A stretch of DNA of 63,222 nucleotides, filler included, from Stramenopiles sp. TOSAG23-2 (GCA_900128395.1; 2 parts of 2 records of this genome joined end to end with filler, not necessarily neighbours in it); one strand, 5' to 3'. Positions 44,391 to 56,132 are shown, counted from the whole stretch's first letter. Notes: a model not told the origin generated them from the sequence alone. A program made the numbers and translations.

Positions 44391-45280
44391 TTATTGTTTT
44401 TGAACGATGTTGGTTACGATTGTTTTTGAAGAGAATAGAATAGCAATGTTTGATTTGTCTGGTTGTTTCTTTTATGTTTATCTTGTTGCTGTATTGATGA
44501 TATAACTACATGCAATATATACGGTATATATCATAATCATATGTTGATTATATTGAAAATCAATAATTAAAAAATGTATATTATTTTTTTAGAAAAAAAT
44601 TTCTGGTTCCTCCCACATCATCACCACTTACTGTACACTTACTCAGGAAACCCCGCTATGCTATTCGCATATACAGTATGGCAGCGACTGTACACTACCT
44701 GGTACTGTACCAGAACGAAAGGAGACGACATTAATAATAATAGTACAGGACGACAGTAGCCGATTATAAATCTGCCTATATAATTGAATTATAACATGCA
44801 CATATTATAGGGTCACACAATGTCACAATAATTTTGGAGATTGAATTAGTGAAATTAGAGTATGACATAAATTTGTGTTGTCGTTATTTAATTTTTTTTC
44901 AATATGGCCTATATAATAATAGGTGCATAGCTCTAAAGAGAAAGATGATGGATGACACATTCTTAATTTGCAATTTATAATAAATAAAGAGATATATCAT
45001 ACATATATGTATAAACAGATCAATGAAACATTCATCACAAATATATAGAAACATAAATATGGAAACCATGATTACTACTATTACGGTCAATTGATAATGT
45101 ACGGCGAAAAGTTATTAGAAAATGAAGTTTTGGGCGGAACACCACGATTAAACTCTCATAGCCCAGAGAAATTAAAAGATTTTACTGTGCGTCGGCAGCA
45201 TGGCGATTAGTTTTTTTTTTAAATTTGTTTTTATTCGCAGCGCGTTCGAAATTTTTTATTTTGTTTAAAACCCCTCTCTC

Positions 45281-47359
45281 TCACTTATTTTTCTTTAATA
45301 TTAAACAAACACCTTCATCATCATTACTATCCTCCTCCTCATCGTCTTCACCAGGACGTTTTACTTTTCTTTTCTTTTTATTATACCAAGTACTTTGCGA
45401 ATACAAACAGGTACATAATGGCATGCAAAATAAAATTATTACAGAAAAGAATTTCAAAATATCTTTTAAATTAATATCAAAATGGGATGCTCCAATGATA
45501 TAAGGTTTCCAACAATCGATTCCGATACATTCAAAATTTGTACAATCATCTTGTATCTTCATCATTGTGATCATACCTTGTCCCGAATGTGTTCCGATAT
45601 GGCAATGCAATATAACACGCCCTGTAATACCATTCATAGATGGATAACGAATACGTAATTTCCTGTTTATTGGCATAGGAAATGTATCACGCCAATTACC
45701 GTTATCCAAAAATTTATTTAATTTTGACATTGCTTCTGGTCCATCTCGTTCATCTGTTTTTCGTAGCAAACTGCTACCTTCATTGGCATCGATTGTTTGA
45801 AAATGATTTACATGTATGTGAAAGGGATGTGTTCCTAAACTTGCTTTGAATTTTAATGGCCATGTAAATCCATGGTATGTATTGTCTAAAACTAAATCTT
45901 CAATACTACCAACTTTCATACAATGCCTAGGTTTAATTTCTTTTTCTTTTGACCATAAACCACCATTTATACCAAATTGGCTAACTCCTTTTGTTGCATC
46001 TTTACGTTTATCTGGGTTTCTTTTCAGTCCAATGTTTGAAAATCCAAGCTCGTACGTACCAGCTATTTCAGATTTGTCTACTTTTGTTAAATCTTTTTGT
46101 AAAAATCTTGGAAGTGATGGTAATGTTGTTGGCATTTTCATTGGGGTTGATCCAATTGGCGCTTCCTTCATATCAAGTGTTAAAAGATCTTGAAATACCC
46201 TTTCCTCCGGATCTTTTCCTAAATATACATCGTTATCTTCATTTTGTGCACTTTTAAATGTTTTTGTACCTGTAGTGCTGCAACGAAATAAAAAATCAAC
46301 TCTCGTAGCAGGATATAAAATTAACTCTTGTAAAATTTGTATTCCTGTACGTCGATATACACCATCATATGCAAGCACATGGAATTCACAACCACCTTCT
46401 TCAATTGTTATTTCCATTATACCAGTATTTCCAGCATTTACCATTTTAAAACGTCGTATTTCATTCACATGCATATCTTTCGCTTTTGGTACAAATTGAC
46501 CATTTGTTAACATAAATAAATTATATTCTGGATCATTCAAGTTCGTTCTATTATCATCCCAAATAACTTTTAGATTATCACGTGCGAAATGTTTCAATAC
46601 ATAGTTTGATCTCCATGGCGTCAATGTCTGCTTCATTGTTTGTAAAATAATAATTTGAAAAATTAATACGGTTTCTTCGATAATCGCAAGCTCAAGTGGT
46701 ACATTTTCTGGATCATCTTTAATTAATATAATACCAGCCATGCCTCCACCTTTTTGTATTGCGGCACTTCCATGAGCATGAGGATGATACCAATACATCC
46801 CAGCAGGATGATTCTCCATAATGTTATACGTATACGTGTATACTTCTTTTGGTTTTGTTTCTCTTAAAATATTATCAGCATGACCTTCTGGGGATACCAT
46901 AAACCCATGCGTATGAAGATTGGTTGAATTAGGTTCTGCAGGAACATTAAATAACGGTTCTTGAGGTGGTTCGTTGTTAATATCTTCCAACGTATTATTA
47001 AGTGTAATTTTCAAAATATCTCCAGAAGAGATTACTAATGTTGGTCCTGGTATCTTACCTTCATACGTTCTCGTGTGAAATGTTAATGGCCCAGCTTTAT
47101 ATACCATTGGTTCAACATTTAACGTTGTATCCAATAAACCATTTGATGCATACCTAAATTCAGGTTCTTGTAATGGCATTCCACGTTTTCTGTTGCCATC
47201 ATTTTTTTTCAAATGCATTTCAGTACCAATTCCAACAATTACCGGTCCAAAGGTTTGTATTCCCACTAAATCAAAAATTAATGTAACTCCAAATAAACAT
47301 ACGAGCCATATCGGTATCAAAAATAATATAGCTACCACGCACAATTTATTGTATTTCAT
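45281..47359 (-). CDS. Membrane-anchored multicopper oxidase
   Basis: All four copper motifs are present: TNLHTHG, YWYHPHAHG, HPFHIHVN, LHCHIGTHSGQGM. Hydrophobic segments at both termini. Confidence 0.92.
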   Translation of the reverse strand: MKYNKLCVVAILFLIPIWLVCLFGVTLIFDLVGIQTFGPVIVGIGTEMHLKKNDGNRKRGMPLQEPEFRYASNGLLDTTLNVEPMVYKAGPLTFHTRTYEGKIPGPTLVISSGDILKITLNNTLEDINNEPPQEPLFNVPAEPNSTNLHTHGFMVSPEGHADNILRETKPKEVYTYTYNIMENHPAGMYWYHPHAHGSAAIQKGGGMAGIILIKDDPENVPLELAIIEETVLIFQIIILQTMKQTLTPWRSNYVLKHFARDNLKVIWDDNRTNLNDPEYNLFMLTNGQFVPKAKDMHVNEIRRFKMVNAGNTGIMEITIEEGGCEFHVLAYDGVYRRTGIQILQELILYPATRVDFLFRCSTTGTKTFKSAQNEDNDVYLGKDPEERVFQDLLTLDMKEAPIGSTPMKMPTTLPSLPRFLQKDLTKVDKSEIAGTYELGFSNIGLKRNPDKRKDATKGVSQFGINGGLWSKEKEIKPRHCMKVGSIEDLVLDNTYHGFTWPLKFKASLGTHPFHIHVNHFQTIDANEGSSLLRKTDERDGPEAMSKLNKFLDNGNWRDTFPMPINRKLRIRYPSMNGITGRVILHCHIGTHSGQGMITMMKIQDDCTNFECIGIDCWKPYIIGASHFDINLKDILKFFSVIILFCMPLCTCLYSQSTWYNKKKRKVKRPGEDDEEEDSNDDEGVCLILKKNK

Positions 47360-47939
47360 CGTATAATACTCCCTTCAATCAATATACATACATATTATCT
47401 ACATACACAATCAATATACTCCCTTCAAACCCATCTGTCCTATGAATTTATACTTATATCTATTATCATATTTTTTTTTCGTGTTAGACAAAAAACAACA
47501 TACAGTATTATACCTGGTAAGGTTGCATAAGAATAATAAACAACAACAAACAACAATGGCAACAACTGAATGCAGGAGGAAGAATGAAAAAAAACCAAAA
47601 CCAACAACAACAAAAACACAAGAGAAAAAAAAAGAAAAAACCACCTTAACCTATCATTAAAATACCATTACCGTATTAATAGTGGTATTGCCATACTAAG
47701 ATCGAAAGAAATCTGAACGTCGTCGTTCCTTCGTTCTTATAAAAAAAGAGGGCATCTAAGATATGAATCTAGTAAACTTGTAAACTTTGTGTGTAGATAA
47801 CATATATATATATATCGTGTGGATTGAAAGAAAATAATATACATTGTATAATTTACAATAGTTCAAGACATTCAAGTATTTTGTTTTTGTTTCTCTCTCT
47901 CTCTCTCTCTGTTGATATATATATATATTATATATAAAA

Positions 47940-49397
47940 ATGAATAATAGCAAAATCATAGTATTATTAACTGTATTATGTCTCTTATATACGTCAGAAG
48001 CTACTTCTTCTTTGTTGCGAGAAAGAGCACCACCTGCTGATGGAAGACCACAACGATATGGTAAAACGATATGGAAAAACTCGCAAGTTACTGGTTTTAT
48101 GTGGACAGATAAGAAACCATATAAATATGGCATTTTAAATTTTGAAGATGGATTATGTGCTGAAAAAGTACCTGTTGACTCTGTGAAAGAAACAGATACA
48201 AAACCTCTTGTTATCAAAGCTATGGAGAAGAAAGGATATCAAATCAATGAGAAAAGTGGCGACGTAAATGTCATTGGCGTGCGATTAACAGACCCATTAG
48301 GGGTCTGTCAAGGTAGCAAGACGAATAAATGCTGGAAAACTGTTTTTACAAATCGATTCCAAGATAAAATGCATATTATTTGGAAATGTGATAATGGAAA
48401 GTGGAGACATTATCAAACCGATTTTACCACCCTGCCAGGTTGGGATTTGGATAAGAAAGGTGGTTCGTTATCGAGTGTTATGGCACCAGGTCAATATACG
48501 AATTCGTATTGTTTAGGTGATCATAAAGGTACGCCTGCAATGAGACAATGCGCAAGAGTGAAGCAATGGTTATTGCAACGCCACGGTGTGAAAGGTACTG
48601 CAAGTGTTGTTTACAAGTTGCAAAATACAAAACCAAGTGTAAAGCCACATTCATTAAATTTTCATGGAACTATCAATGGACGTAGCAAACCGAAGCAAAA
48701 TAAGGGTAAATTTCCATTTACAAAATTAGTAAATAGTTGGAGTCATGGATGCCAAGTAACATTTGGAAGTATCTTTCGTGACGAAGTATTGCCACTTATT
48801 GGAACTTCAATGAATGACGAGAAATTAGCTGATGTACATTTAGTAAACCCAAAAACGAGTACATGTGTGAAACACAGAGCGGATTGTAAGAAATGTACTA
48901 CATATACTTTATTAAATCTTGCTGATGTGAAGGAGGCAGAAAACGAGAAAGGAAACGATGATGAAAAAGAAGAGGTAGTTACGGAGGAAAAGAAGGAAGA
49001 TGTAGAAGAGGAAAAATCAGGAGATGATGAAGAAAAAGAAAAAAAAGATGATGGATATAATGAAAATACAAATACAAGAAATTCAATGTGTGAAGATTCA
49101 GTAAATGCTGATATCAATAGTGCGATTTTTACACTATGTTCAACGAAACAAAAATTTTGTGAACCACGTAAGAATAAACGCGATTCTTTAATCGATTGGG
49201 TATACTGTTTAAGTTCTGGCGATAGGAAAGCAGCTGCTATGAAATCGTTGAAAGATAGTGATGATGAATTACCTTCACCATGTAAAATTGAAAAAGGCAA
49301 ATCGTATTCATTTACTACTGAAGTTCGTCATTACAAAAAAATTGCAAACGATCCAGCTGTTAGATGTCTTTTAACGAAAGGTTTCAAAGGGAAATAA
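47940..49397 (+). CDS. Secreted protein with a bacterial/phage-type YkuD-like (H...SHGC) domain, acidic linker and Cys-rich C-terminal domain
   Basis: Signal peptide MNNSKIIVLLTVLCLLYTSEA; NVIGVR, NRFQD, TTLPG, PGQY, LNFHG, WSHGCQV and TYTLL motifs. Confidence 0.7.
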   Translation: MNNSKIIVLLTVLCLLYTSEATSSLLRERAPPADGRPQRYGKTIWKNSQVTGFMWTDKKPYKYGILNFEDGLCAEKVPVDSVKETDTKPLVIKAMEKKGYQINEKSGDVNVIGVRLTDPLGVCQGSKTNKCWKTVFTNRFQDKMHIIWKCDNGKWRHYQTDFTTLPGWDLDKKGGSLSSVMAPGQYTNSYCLGDHKGTPAMRQCARVKQWLLQRHGVKGTASVVYKLQNTKPSVKPHSLNFHGTINGRSKPKQNKGKFPFTKLVNSWSHGCQVTFGSIFRDEVLPLIGTSMNDEKLADVHLVNPKTSTCVKHRADCKKCTTYTLLNLADVKEAENEKGNDDEKEEVVTEEKKEDVEEEKSGDDEEKEKKDDGYNENTNTRNSMCEDSVNADINSAIFTLCSTKQKFCEPRKNKRDSLIDWVYCLSSGDRKAAAMKSLKDSDDELPSPCKIEKGKSYSFTTEVRHYKKIANDPAVRCLLTKGFKGK

Positions 49398-50694
49398 AAT
49401 AATATTTCTCGCAGCACTCTCCCTCTTGAATTAATCTCATATAATGCACCGCTTTAAAAAAAATTTTTTTATAAAATTTTTTTATTAAAAGTGACCTGGT
49501 GTGTGTGTGAGGTATGATTATATATTATATATAATACATGAGTAAAAAACAACAGGTGTAGCACAAAGTGAGAGTGTGTTGATTACGAACGTATTTTTTT
49601 TAATTTTTAATATAAAAAGTAATTTATTAAAACATTAAATATGTCATAAAAATTATCATTATTATATTTACAATATCATATTAAAAAAGTGTCTTAGTCT
49701 CCTCTGTGAAATTGGAAAAAATAGTTTTTTGTACACTGCATATACGATTCGTATATATATTTATAATGTTGAGGTTGGAATATTAAAAAGTACTCGTATG
49801 ATACTTCGTACGTCAGTATGATACAACATACATTATGATATTACGAGAGTGTAAAATGCATTTTAGTAAATGATCTCTCTCTCTCTCTCTCTATAATTTT
49901 TCATATTTTTAATGTATACGTATATCATACCTTTTATACCGGTACACAAAATGTGTCACATCATTAATGCGTGCATGATTGCACCGATTAATATAATACA
50001 CCGAATATGATATAAATACTGTATATAAATATGCGTTTATTTTCTTGCTTTTTTATAAAAACTGTTCTATGATATTACATGTACAAAAATTTAAAACATT
50101 CACACTCTAACACCCACATCCAACATTTAAATATGTAAACAAATTCAAATTCCAGACACATAATTTTTTAACATTTTTGTAATATTAAATAATATATACC
50201 ATTATCAAACTTATTACATTGGTGTACGATATAAACATATAGCAGTTTTTCCAACATAAAAGAAGATAAACGTCTTTGCTAAATGACTACAATAACAACG
50301 AAAATTAGTTCCTACAATGGGGTAGCTTCCCATTCTCCTATGTTCATTGTATTTTGAATTACAAAGATGAAAGTTACATGATGGATACAGAATCAAATCA
50401 AATTTTTGAAATACCAGAAGAAGATACGGAAGAACCAGAAATGATTGGTACATATAATCTAGAAACACAAATGTTAAAAAAATCTGATGGTACGGAAGAT
50501 AATTGGTATGGGGCAACTTTATTTAAAATGGATTGGGAAACAAATTGAGAGAGGAGAGAGAGAGAGCCGGGGAGATATTCAAAAAAGTGTGGTGTGTTTT
50601 TAAAGAAAGTTAGATTAATATTTAAAAATATATTATACGGAGGGTACGTCGTACGTATATTTTTAAATATAATTTTTTCGTATATTATATTTTT

Positions 50695-51924
50695 CTACAT
50701 AATAATATTATCATACACTAATTTTGCTGACAATGCATCTAAACCTAATTTCTCCATCAAATCATTTTTATTTTTGTACATAGATGGCATCGTAAATTTG
50801 GCCCAGGTTGGTAAAGTTGCACTAAATTGCCATGGTTTATTATTATTGTTGTTATTGTCATTTTCAAACATTCCATTATTACCACCATAGATCCATGCAT
50901 GTAAATAAATTGGACGTGTACAACAATTTCCCCATGGACCTTCAACATAATCATCTTTATTATTATTATTTTTCCTCGATTTACAAGCTTGAATATGCAT
51001 TTCTATTTCCGACATATCAACACCTTTTTCATTTTTATATTTTTCATATGCATGCAATAACATTTTTAACAATTTTCCATCATCATCATCTCGATATGGA
51101 TCTTCATATTTTAATTTATTATCACCACCATGCAAAGGATCATTAGCAATAGGATATCCAAGTTCTTTCAAATGTATACGGATCTGATGCTTTCGCCCAG
51201 TTTTAGGGAAACAAATGACCAAGCTTGAAGGCTCAACATCGTCACATTTATTTGCTTCTTTTACACGAAGAAAATATGTAATAGCTTCACTTAAGTGATT
51301 TCTACCATTTTTGATTTGTTTTTTACATTCAATTAATTGATTTTCAGGAAATGATCCACATACTCGTGCCATATAAATTTTCGATACATCTCTTTCTTGA
51401 ATCATCGCTTGTAGACGTGACGCTACTTTTTTCTCAGTTGTGCTCATAACAACACCTGTAGTGCATATATCTAAACGATGTGCTAATGAAAATCGACCAT
51501 GTAAATCAAGTTGTTTCTTTATCGCACTACGTATATTGCTTTGCCCATATCCAACACATTTAATTGAATTGAGCGGCGCAGTTTTATTAATAACAATTAG
51601 ATTATCATGATTATGTATTATTTCAATTTTATCAGCTGACATTGGATGATCACAAATAACTCGTTTCATTCCCTTTTTCCCACCAATGTATGGATAAAAA
51701 TATCGTAAACCAAATAGTTCAATGGGTTCCATTGATTTTCGTTGTTTTTCTTTCCATAGTTTTCTTTTTTTTCGTTTTTCAGCATTCCTTTTCATACGCT
51801 CATCTAAATTCATTTCGATATTTTTCGAACTTTTATTAATGGGATTTGATGAGGAGTTGGAAGAAGATGACAGCGACGTGTTTGGCACGGGTCTCTTTAA
51901 TGATTGTTGTTCTTTCTTCATCAT
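50695..51924 (-). CDS. RluA-family RNA pseudouridine synthase
   Basis: IVINK, HRLDICTTG (catalytic Asp), KIYMARV, TGRKHQIRIHLKELGYPIANDPLHG and YLHAW. Confidence 0.93.
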   Translation of the reverse strand: MMKKEQQSLKRPVPNTSLSSSSNSSSNPINKSSKNIEMNLDERMKRNAEKRKKRKLWKEKQRKSMEPIELFGLRYFYPYIGGKKGMKRVICDHPMSADKIEIIHNHDNLIVINKTAPLNSIKCVGYGQSNIRSAIKKQLDLHGRFSLAHRLDICTTGVVMSTTEKKVASRLQAMIQERDVSKIYMARVCGSFPENQLIECKKQIKNGRNHLSEAITYFLRVKEANKCDDVEPSSLVICFPKTGRKHQIRIHLKELGYPIANDPLHGGDNKLKYEDPYRDDDDGKLLKMLLHAYEKYKNEKGVDMSEIEMHIQACKSRKNNNNKDDYVEGPWGNCCTRPIYLHAWIYGGNNGMFENDNNNNNNKPWQFSATLPTWAKFTMPSMYKNKNDLMEKLGLDALSAKLVYDNIIM

Positions 51925-53061
51925 TTTTATATTATTACGTGCCTATATGTATGAAGTTTCGTTGTGTTGGTATATGTATCTGTCTGTATTTAGACGACAA
52001 TATTGATTCATATTTATTTCAATCAACTTGATTTTTGCATTCCAGCTTAAGCTGGCCTGGGCTGGCCCAGGGCTGGCCAGGCATTATTCTAATAAATAGC
52101 ATTGCTTTTTAGCTTTCTCGAAATTTAGAGCTAGCATCAACATAGCACTGTCTAAATATTTTTTGTACCAGGATAAGGATAGCACTAAAATTAGAAAAGA
52201 GGCTCTGTCTCTGATGATATGTGGTGTTAATGATCGTTTCATCATCATATACATTTGCAACATTTACAGGATTGTTGTTTAAAATGGACATATAATTCAT
52301 AAAAAAATATTATATACAAATGGAGATAATATCATAAGGAAAACATTAGAATAGAAATATTAATAGACGGCGATAACGAGATATACTTCCTGCATTATAA
52401 AGATGTTTCGATCATCATCATCATCACGTGGAAATAGAAGCAGATCATCTTCACATGCAACTAATTATGGTTTAGATATTGAAGGCACTTCATTCGGTAG
52501 CGCTTTGTCTACTAAACCAAAACGCTCTGCGCCAACTATGGTCGAGCAATTAGAGAAGACATTAGCTATCAAGGAAGAATTTGAGTCGATTGAAATGCGC
52601 GTGAAGATATTGTTAGATGAGTTTGAAGAGTACGATTCAATTGATATATATTCTGGTGATTTAGACAGAAGAATACCAATTGAAAAACGAGATAAGGCAT
52701 ATAGAGGTTAAATGTATCTGGATGGGATGATAATAATTTAGAGGAACAACAACAAAAAACCTCTAGGCGCCTAATAGCTCTGACGGCTCCTCGATCACAA
52801 AAAACCTTATAATTATTATAGCTCCCGCACACCGCACAAGCCCAAGTAAGAGCTTAGAAAATCAAAAAAATACGAGCACAGGCGCATCGCTACATACTTC
52901 TTCTTGGACAGGTTAAGGTATACAGGTATGCAACTATTATATATATATTTTTGTAGTAATAAATAAATAAATTCTTCAAAAATTGAAATGGTATTTTTCT
53001 GATACAAAAGTACATACATGATGAATGATGTATGTATAAAAGAAAAAAGAAACAATTAAAG

Positions 53062-54315
53062 ATGATGTTAATAAATCATAATAAAAAGTTCGTAAAACAT
53101 ATAATTGAAAGATATGCATCTTTCTCTACTGTAAATATACAAACAAAGCTTGCTCAAGCTGGATGTAAAAAAACAGATGATAATAACAATAATAATAATA
53201 CTGATTTAACTCCACCGATACATTTTTCAACAACCTTTGAACGAGAGAAAGACTTATCGTATTTGTCACATATATATTCACGCACTTCAAATCCAACAAG
53301 AGATTTATTAGAAGAAACCATTGCTGATTTAGAAAATGGTACTGATTGTTGTTCCTTTGCCTCCGGTAGTGCTGCTACTTCTTCCTTATTAACAGCAGTT
53401 GGAAACAATTCTCATGTGATTATCGGAAATGATATATATCATGGTACTAGGTCTTTGTTGGAAAATGTATTCAACAATTGGGGTTTGTTTCATACTGAAA
53501 TTGATTTAACAAATATGGATATTATAAAAAATGAAGTAGAAACTATTAAAACTCACGGAAAAAACGTAATATTAATATCTGAAATACCAACAAACCCTTC
53601 TTTGAATGTACCTGATTTAATTGAAATATCAAATTTATTGCGTAACTACGAAAATTGTATACATATTTGTGATTCAACTTGGATGTCTCCTGCAATTTGT
53701 AATCCATTAAATTTAGGTGTTGATATGGTATTGCATTCAACAACTAAATATATGGGTGGTCATAGTGACCTTTTAGGTGGATGTATTGCATATAATAAGC
53801 AAGGAAATGATACAAACAAGTATTCACAACAAGTATTTGATCAAATTCGTATAGTCCAACAACAATCTGGTAATGTTCCTTCTCCATTTGATTCTTGGCT
53901 TTTATTACGTGGTTTACGGTCGTTAGATGCAAGAATTGCACGGCATTGTGAAAATGCTTTTAAAATTGCTGAATATCTAGAAAATCATAATGCTATATAT
54001 AAAATAAATTATCCTGGATTAGTTAGCCATCCACAACATGATATTATGTCGAAAATGATATCAAATAATAATAGGTATGGTGGTATGTTATCAATTGAGT
54101 TGAAAGGTGGAATGGAAAAAGCAATTGGTGTTAGCAGCAAAGTTCAAATATTTAAACGTGCTACTTCATTAGGTGGTACAGAATCATTAATTGAACATCG
54201 AAAAAGCATTGAACCTGAAAATAGCCCAACGCCTGATAGTTTATTACGTTTATCAATTGGTTTAGAAAACGTGGATGATTTAATCAAAGATTTAGATCAT
54301 GCATTACGTTCGTAG
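53062..54315 (+). CDS. Cystathionine gamma-synthase/lyase family PLP enzyme
   Basis: PPIHFSTTF, YSRTSNPT, FASG, EIPTNP, HSTTKYMGGHSD (PLP Lys), TSLGGTESL and LLRLSIGLE; start assumed at MMLINH. Confidence 0.92.
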   Translation: MMLINHNKKFVKHIIERYASFSTVNIQTKLAQAGCKKTDDNNNNNNTDLTPPIHFSTTFEREKDLSYLSHIYSRTSNPTRDLLEETIADLENGTDCCSFASGSAATSSLLTAVGNNSHVIIGNDIYHGTRSLLENVFNNWGLFHTEIDLTNMDIIKNEVETIKTHGKNVILISEIPTNPSLNVPDLIEISNLLRNYENCIHICDSTWMSPAICNPLNLGVDMVLHSTTKYMGGHSDLLGGCIAYNKQGNDTNKYSQQVFDQIRIVQQQSGNVPSPFDSWLLLRGLRSLDARIARHCENAFKIAEYLENHNAIYKINYPGLVSHPQHDIMSKMISNNNRYGGMLSIELKGGMEKAIGVSSKVQIFKRATSLGGTESLIEHRKSIEPENSPTPDSLLRLSIGLENVDDLIKDLDHALRS

Positions 54316-54570
54316 AGAGAGAGAGAGAGAGAGATGTAGTGGGTACGGTACCACCGATAAAAAAAATTAAACACCAAAACACAAATATATGTGGAATATA
54401 TGAATTTAAAAAAAAAATAAAAACTAATGATATGAAACCTATCATATTAATATATATGCATACATCTATATGCCATACTATTTTTACAAAAATAATGATA
54501 TTGGTAAAAAATAAAAATATCAGTATTATAATTAATGCATCTCATATTTATAATTTAAAATCTCTCTCGC

Positions 54571-55812
54571 TCAAAATATATTTTTGGATGATAACAACGC
54601 CTTTTTCTTATTATTCTTATCCCCATTAATACTATGGTGTTTTTTTCTTTTTCCAAGTATTTTTCTATTACTAGTGCTATTATGACTATTATTATTAGAA
54701 TTATCATTATTACCATCTTTCTTTTTTGAATAATGATTAGTGATTCTCCCTTTTAATAAGCGCTTTACAACCGATTTTAATGTATCAGTCGAACATTTTT
54801 TAAATTCATCATGCTCATCTAATGGAGTTATAAAATTTAAACAATTTGTAGTTGGACGCTGTGGAGACGCTAATGTGCGTACAAGTGGTAATGTAAATAT
54901 AAATATACGTGCATCATGACATGGGAAACTGCCTTTTCCACTCCGTGCTTTCCTATTTCGATATCCAGGATACAATGTTTTATCAAAGATAACACATGAA
55001 CGAAACAATAAACCTGATTTCTCGGCTAATTCAATTATATTCCAATGTGAATAACTTGCTTTCGTTTTATGAACTATATGTATTTCACCACCAGGTACAC
55101 CGACATGATGACATCGTGAAAAAAATTTCAATAGCAAATTCTTATTTTTATTCATTTCTTCATTTTGACCATCACGTTTAGATTCCAATGAATTGATTTT
55201 AGCATTATTATTTTGTGGTGCTATACATGGAAAATGCCATACAATTTTATGATATGAAGTTTCGGACGAATGTGCTAACGGTGATTTTTTCTTCCCGAGT
55301 TGCGTAGCATCTACACTATGTATGATTCGCAAGTTAGATAACATGCTAGCAGAATTTAACATATTTTCTGCATCAGTATATACACTTTTAAACTCAGTTT
55401 TGGATAAATACGTCGTCCCAACAACACGACATTTTGGTATATGTTTCGCAAGATTTAAAGTGAATGATAAATCCCCGTCGCCAATTGTTAATATTCGTAC
55501 ACCACTTTGATTTTTGTAGATTCCATATGAATTAGTATTTTGTAACGCTGCATTACCTTTTGTACGTTTTATATCTAATATGCGTAAGCACATTTCTGGC
55601 CTTTGGTTGGGTGGACATTTATTACCATTATACGTTGTGTTTGGTCGATGTACGATAATTTTATAAGCACAGCATATGCAACCGTTTTTATAACATTTAT
55701 AGGTATCACGAGGTATATACAAGACTGAATCACATTTTGTTAAATACGATACTGCATTTAATTGTTGTAAATCTTCATTAGTAAATGTTATTTTTTTCTT
55801 TTTCTTACTCAT
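54571..55812 (-). CDS. DUF2431 / Bmt5-like rRNA uridine-N3 methyltransferase
   Basis: RILTIGDGDLSF, VDAT, IVWHFPC, GEIHI, YSHWNI and YPGYRN motifs; likely start MSKKKK at 55812. Confidence 0.85.
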   Translation of the reverse strand: MSKKKKKITFTNEDLQQLNAVSYLTKCDSVLYIPRDTYKCYKNGCICCAYKIIVHRPNTTYNGNKCPPNQRPEMCLRILDIKRTKGNAALQNTNSYGIYKNQSGVRILTIGDGDLSFTLNLAKHIPKCRVVGTTYLSKTEFKSVYTDAENMLNSASMLSNLRIIHSVDATQLGKKKSPLAHSSETSYHKIVWHFPCIAPQNNNAKINSLESKRDGQNEEMNKNKNLLLKFFSRCHHVGVPGGEIHIVHKTKASYSHWNIIELAEKSGLLFRSCVIFDKTLYPGYRNRKARSGKGSFPCHDARIFIFTLPLVRTLASPQRPTTNCLNFITPLDEHDEFKKCSTDTLKSVVKRLLKGRITNHYSKKKDGNNDNSNNNSHNSTSNRKILGKRKKHHSINGDKNNKKKALLSSKNIF

Positions 55813-56010
55813 GTTTATTATGAATATATACACAAATGTATATATATGTGTTAATGTATTGGTTTCTTCTTCTTTTTTCATCATTTGTTCATCTGTTTTC
55901 TATAATACACAAAAAATTAAAATGGTATTTTAATTTTATATATATTTTTGTTGTTGGGCACTTGGTTGTTGGTATTATATTATTTTTTGCATCTTCTTCT
56001 TCATCATTTT

Positions 56011-56107
56011 GCTACCTTAACCTGGCCGGCTGGGCCGGCCAGGTTAAGGTAGCTAGCTCTAGCTAGAGCTAGCTCTAACTACCTGGTATCTGGTATCTAC
56101 AGGTAGT
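56011..56107. repeat. Cluster of three adjacent inverted repeats
   Basis: 20-bp perfect arms with a TGG loop (56011-56053), a 24-bp perfect palindrome (56051-56074) and ACTACCTG...CAGGTAGT (56078-56107). Confidence 0.9.
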
Positions 56108-56132
56108 GCTTTTATTACCAGTGGATGGAAAA

